The notes under the pieces were generated by a model. That model was not told the DNA's origin. It searched no databases and was given only the letters and a program-made list of their open reading frames with translations. A stretch of DNA of 64,000 bases from an uncultured Gammaproteobacteria bacterium (GTDB lineage Bacteria; Pseudomonadota; Gammaproteobacteria; CAWCPV01). Below, piece after piece: positions 63,347 through 64,000 of the stretch. Where the stretch lies: positions 32,001-96,000 of the forward strand of contig CAWCPV010000017.1 in assembly GCA_963797555.1 (NCBI GenBank). Reading direction: 5' to 3'. Every line of letters begins with the position of its first letter. Position 1 is the first letter of the stretch. Made by a program: the position numbers and the translations under genes.

Positions 63347-64000
63347 CACTTGAAGGAATCGTACTCCGGGGCAGGATCGCATTCCAGGCGAGCTTTTCCG
63401 GCCCCCGGAGGGCGGCCTCGCCGGGAAGCCCCGGTTATCGCACCGCCTTTAGTGGAGCCATCCACCCCTAGGCAGGCGGCTCCTGCGCCCAATGTGGGCC
63501 AGGAAGACCCACCCAAATGCGACCTCGCGATGAACAAGTCCGTCCCGAAAGCCGTCGGTTGACAACGAGGTGGGCCGGACTGACGCGGTCAGTGGGAAAC
63601 GCAACGACGTGCAGCGAGCTCCGGAGCCGCCCGTGCGCCGAGTGGCGGCGGCACGTCAGTGATCTCGCAGTCGACCTCGATAAAGCTCTGAGTCTGGCTG
63701 CCTGGACGGCAGCGTCGTCCTCGCTCAGGGCGACTCCAGTGAGGAACTGAACCCCGTCTGGGCCAGCGCGCCGCGGGAGAGTGTCGAGAATCCTGGGCGA
63801 CTGCTTGGGGATCTCATGGGGTCCGCTAACGGAGACTGGCTTGCCGTCCTTGCCGTTGCTGCAGCGCACCGGACGGGAGCGGTCTCGATGTTCCCGAAGA
63901 GATTGACCGAATTGGCATAGTCCGGGTGAGGTGCAGCCCGAGCCGACGCGCGTAATCGACGGCCCGGCCGACCAGCTTGCGCAGGCAGCTCAGCCTCCCA

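Noticed and set aside
63400-64000. Coding sequence at the right edge
   Set aside because: Only short ORFs without recognisable motifs; a GNIETA peptide echo of about 57365 is too short to trust.

Overview
GC-rich, probably proteobacterial window with four parts. (1) 1-3.0 kb is the end of a xanthomonadin/aryl-polyene-like cluster: a flavin-dependent halogenase, a XanB2-type chorismatase and a convergent PKS-type methyltransferase. (2) 3-22.6 kb is a decaying accessory region. It holds IS1634 interrupted by IS66, an IS91-family transposase paired with a tyrosine recombinase, an internally deleted IS3, a tRNA-Thr(TGT) 3' att fragment with arm-type repeats on both sides, a phasin with a PhaR box, a delta-class carbonic anhydrase, two H-NS-like N-terminal genes and many fragments. 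(3) 22.6-42.2 kb is a minus-strand defence operon, SNF2 helicase - Type III Mod - DUF262/GmrSD-like - Type III Res, beside a RHH/PIN toxin-antitoxin pair. Its mod gene is split by a group II intron, an ISL3, and an IS50-group IS4 element that carries a DUF4338 (DruA-like) gene and a nested IS1182 remnant. Removing the three insertions in silico restores the reading frame at each junction. (4) 42.3-63.2 kb is a copper/heavy-metal cluster (RND system, TolC plus multicopper oxidase, P1B-type ATPase, two MerR regulators, three matching MerR-type promoters), joined to part 3 by a parA/rhodanese deletion chimera. All calls come from motif recognition by eye; no database searches were run.
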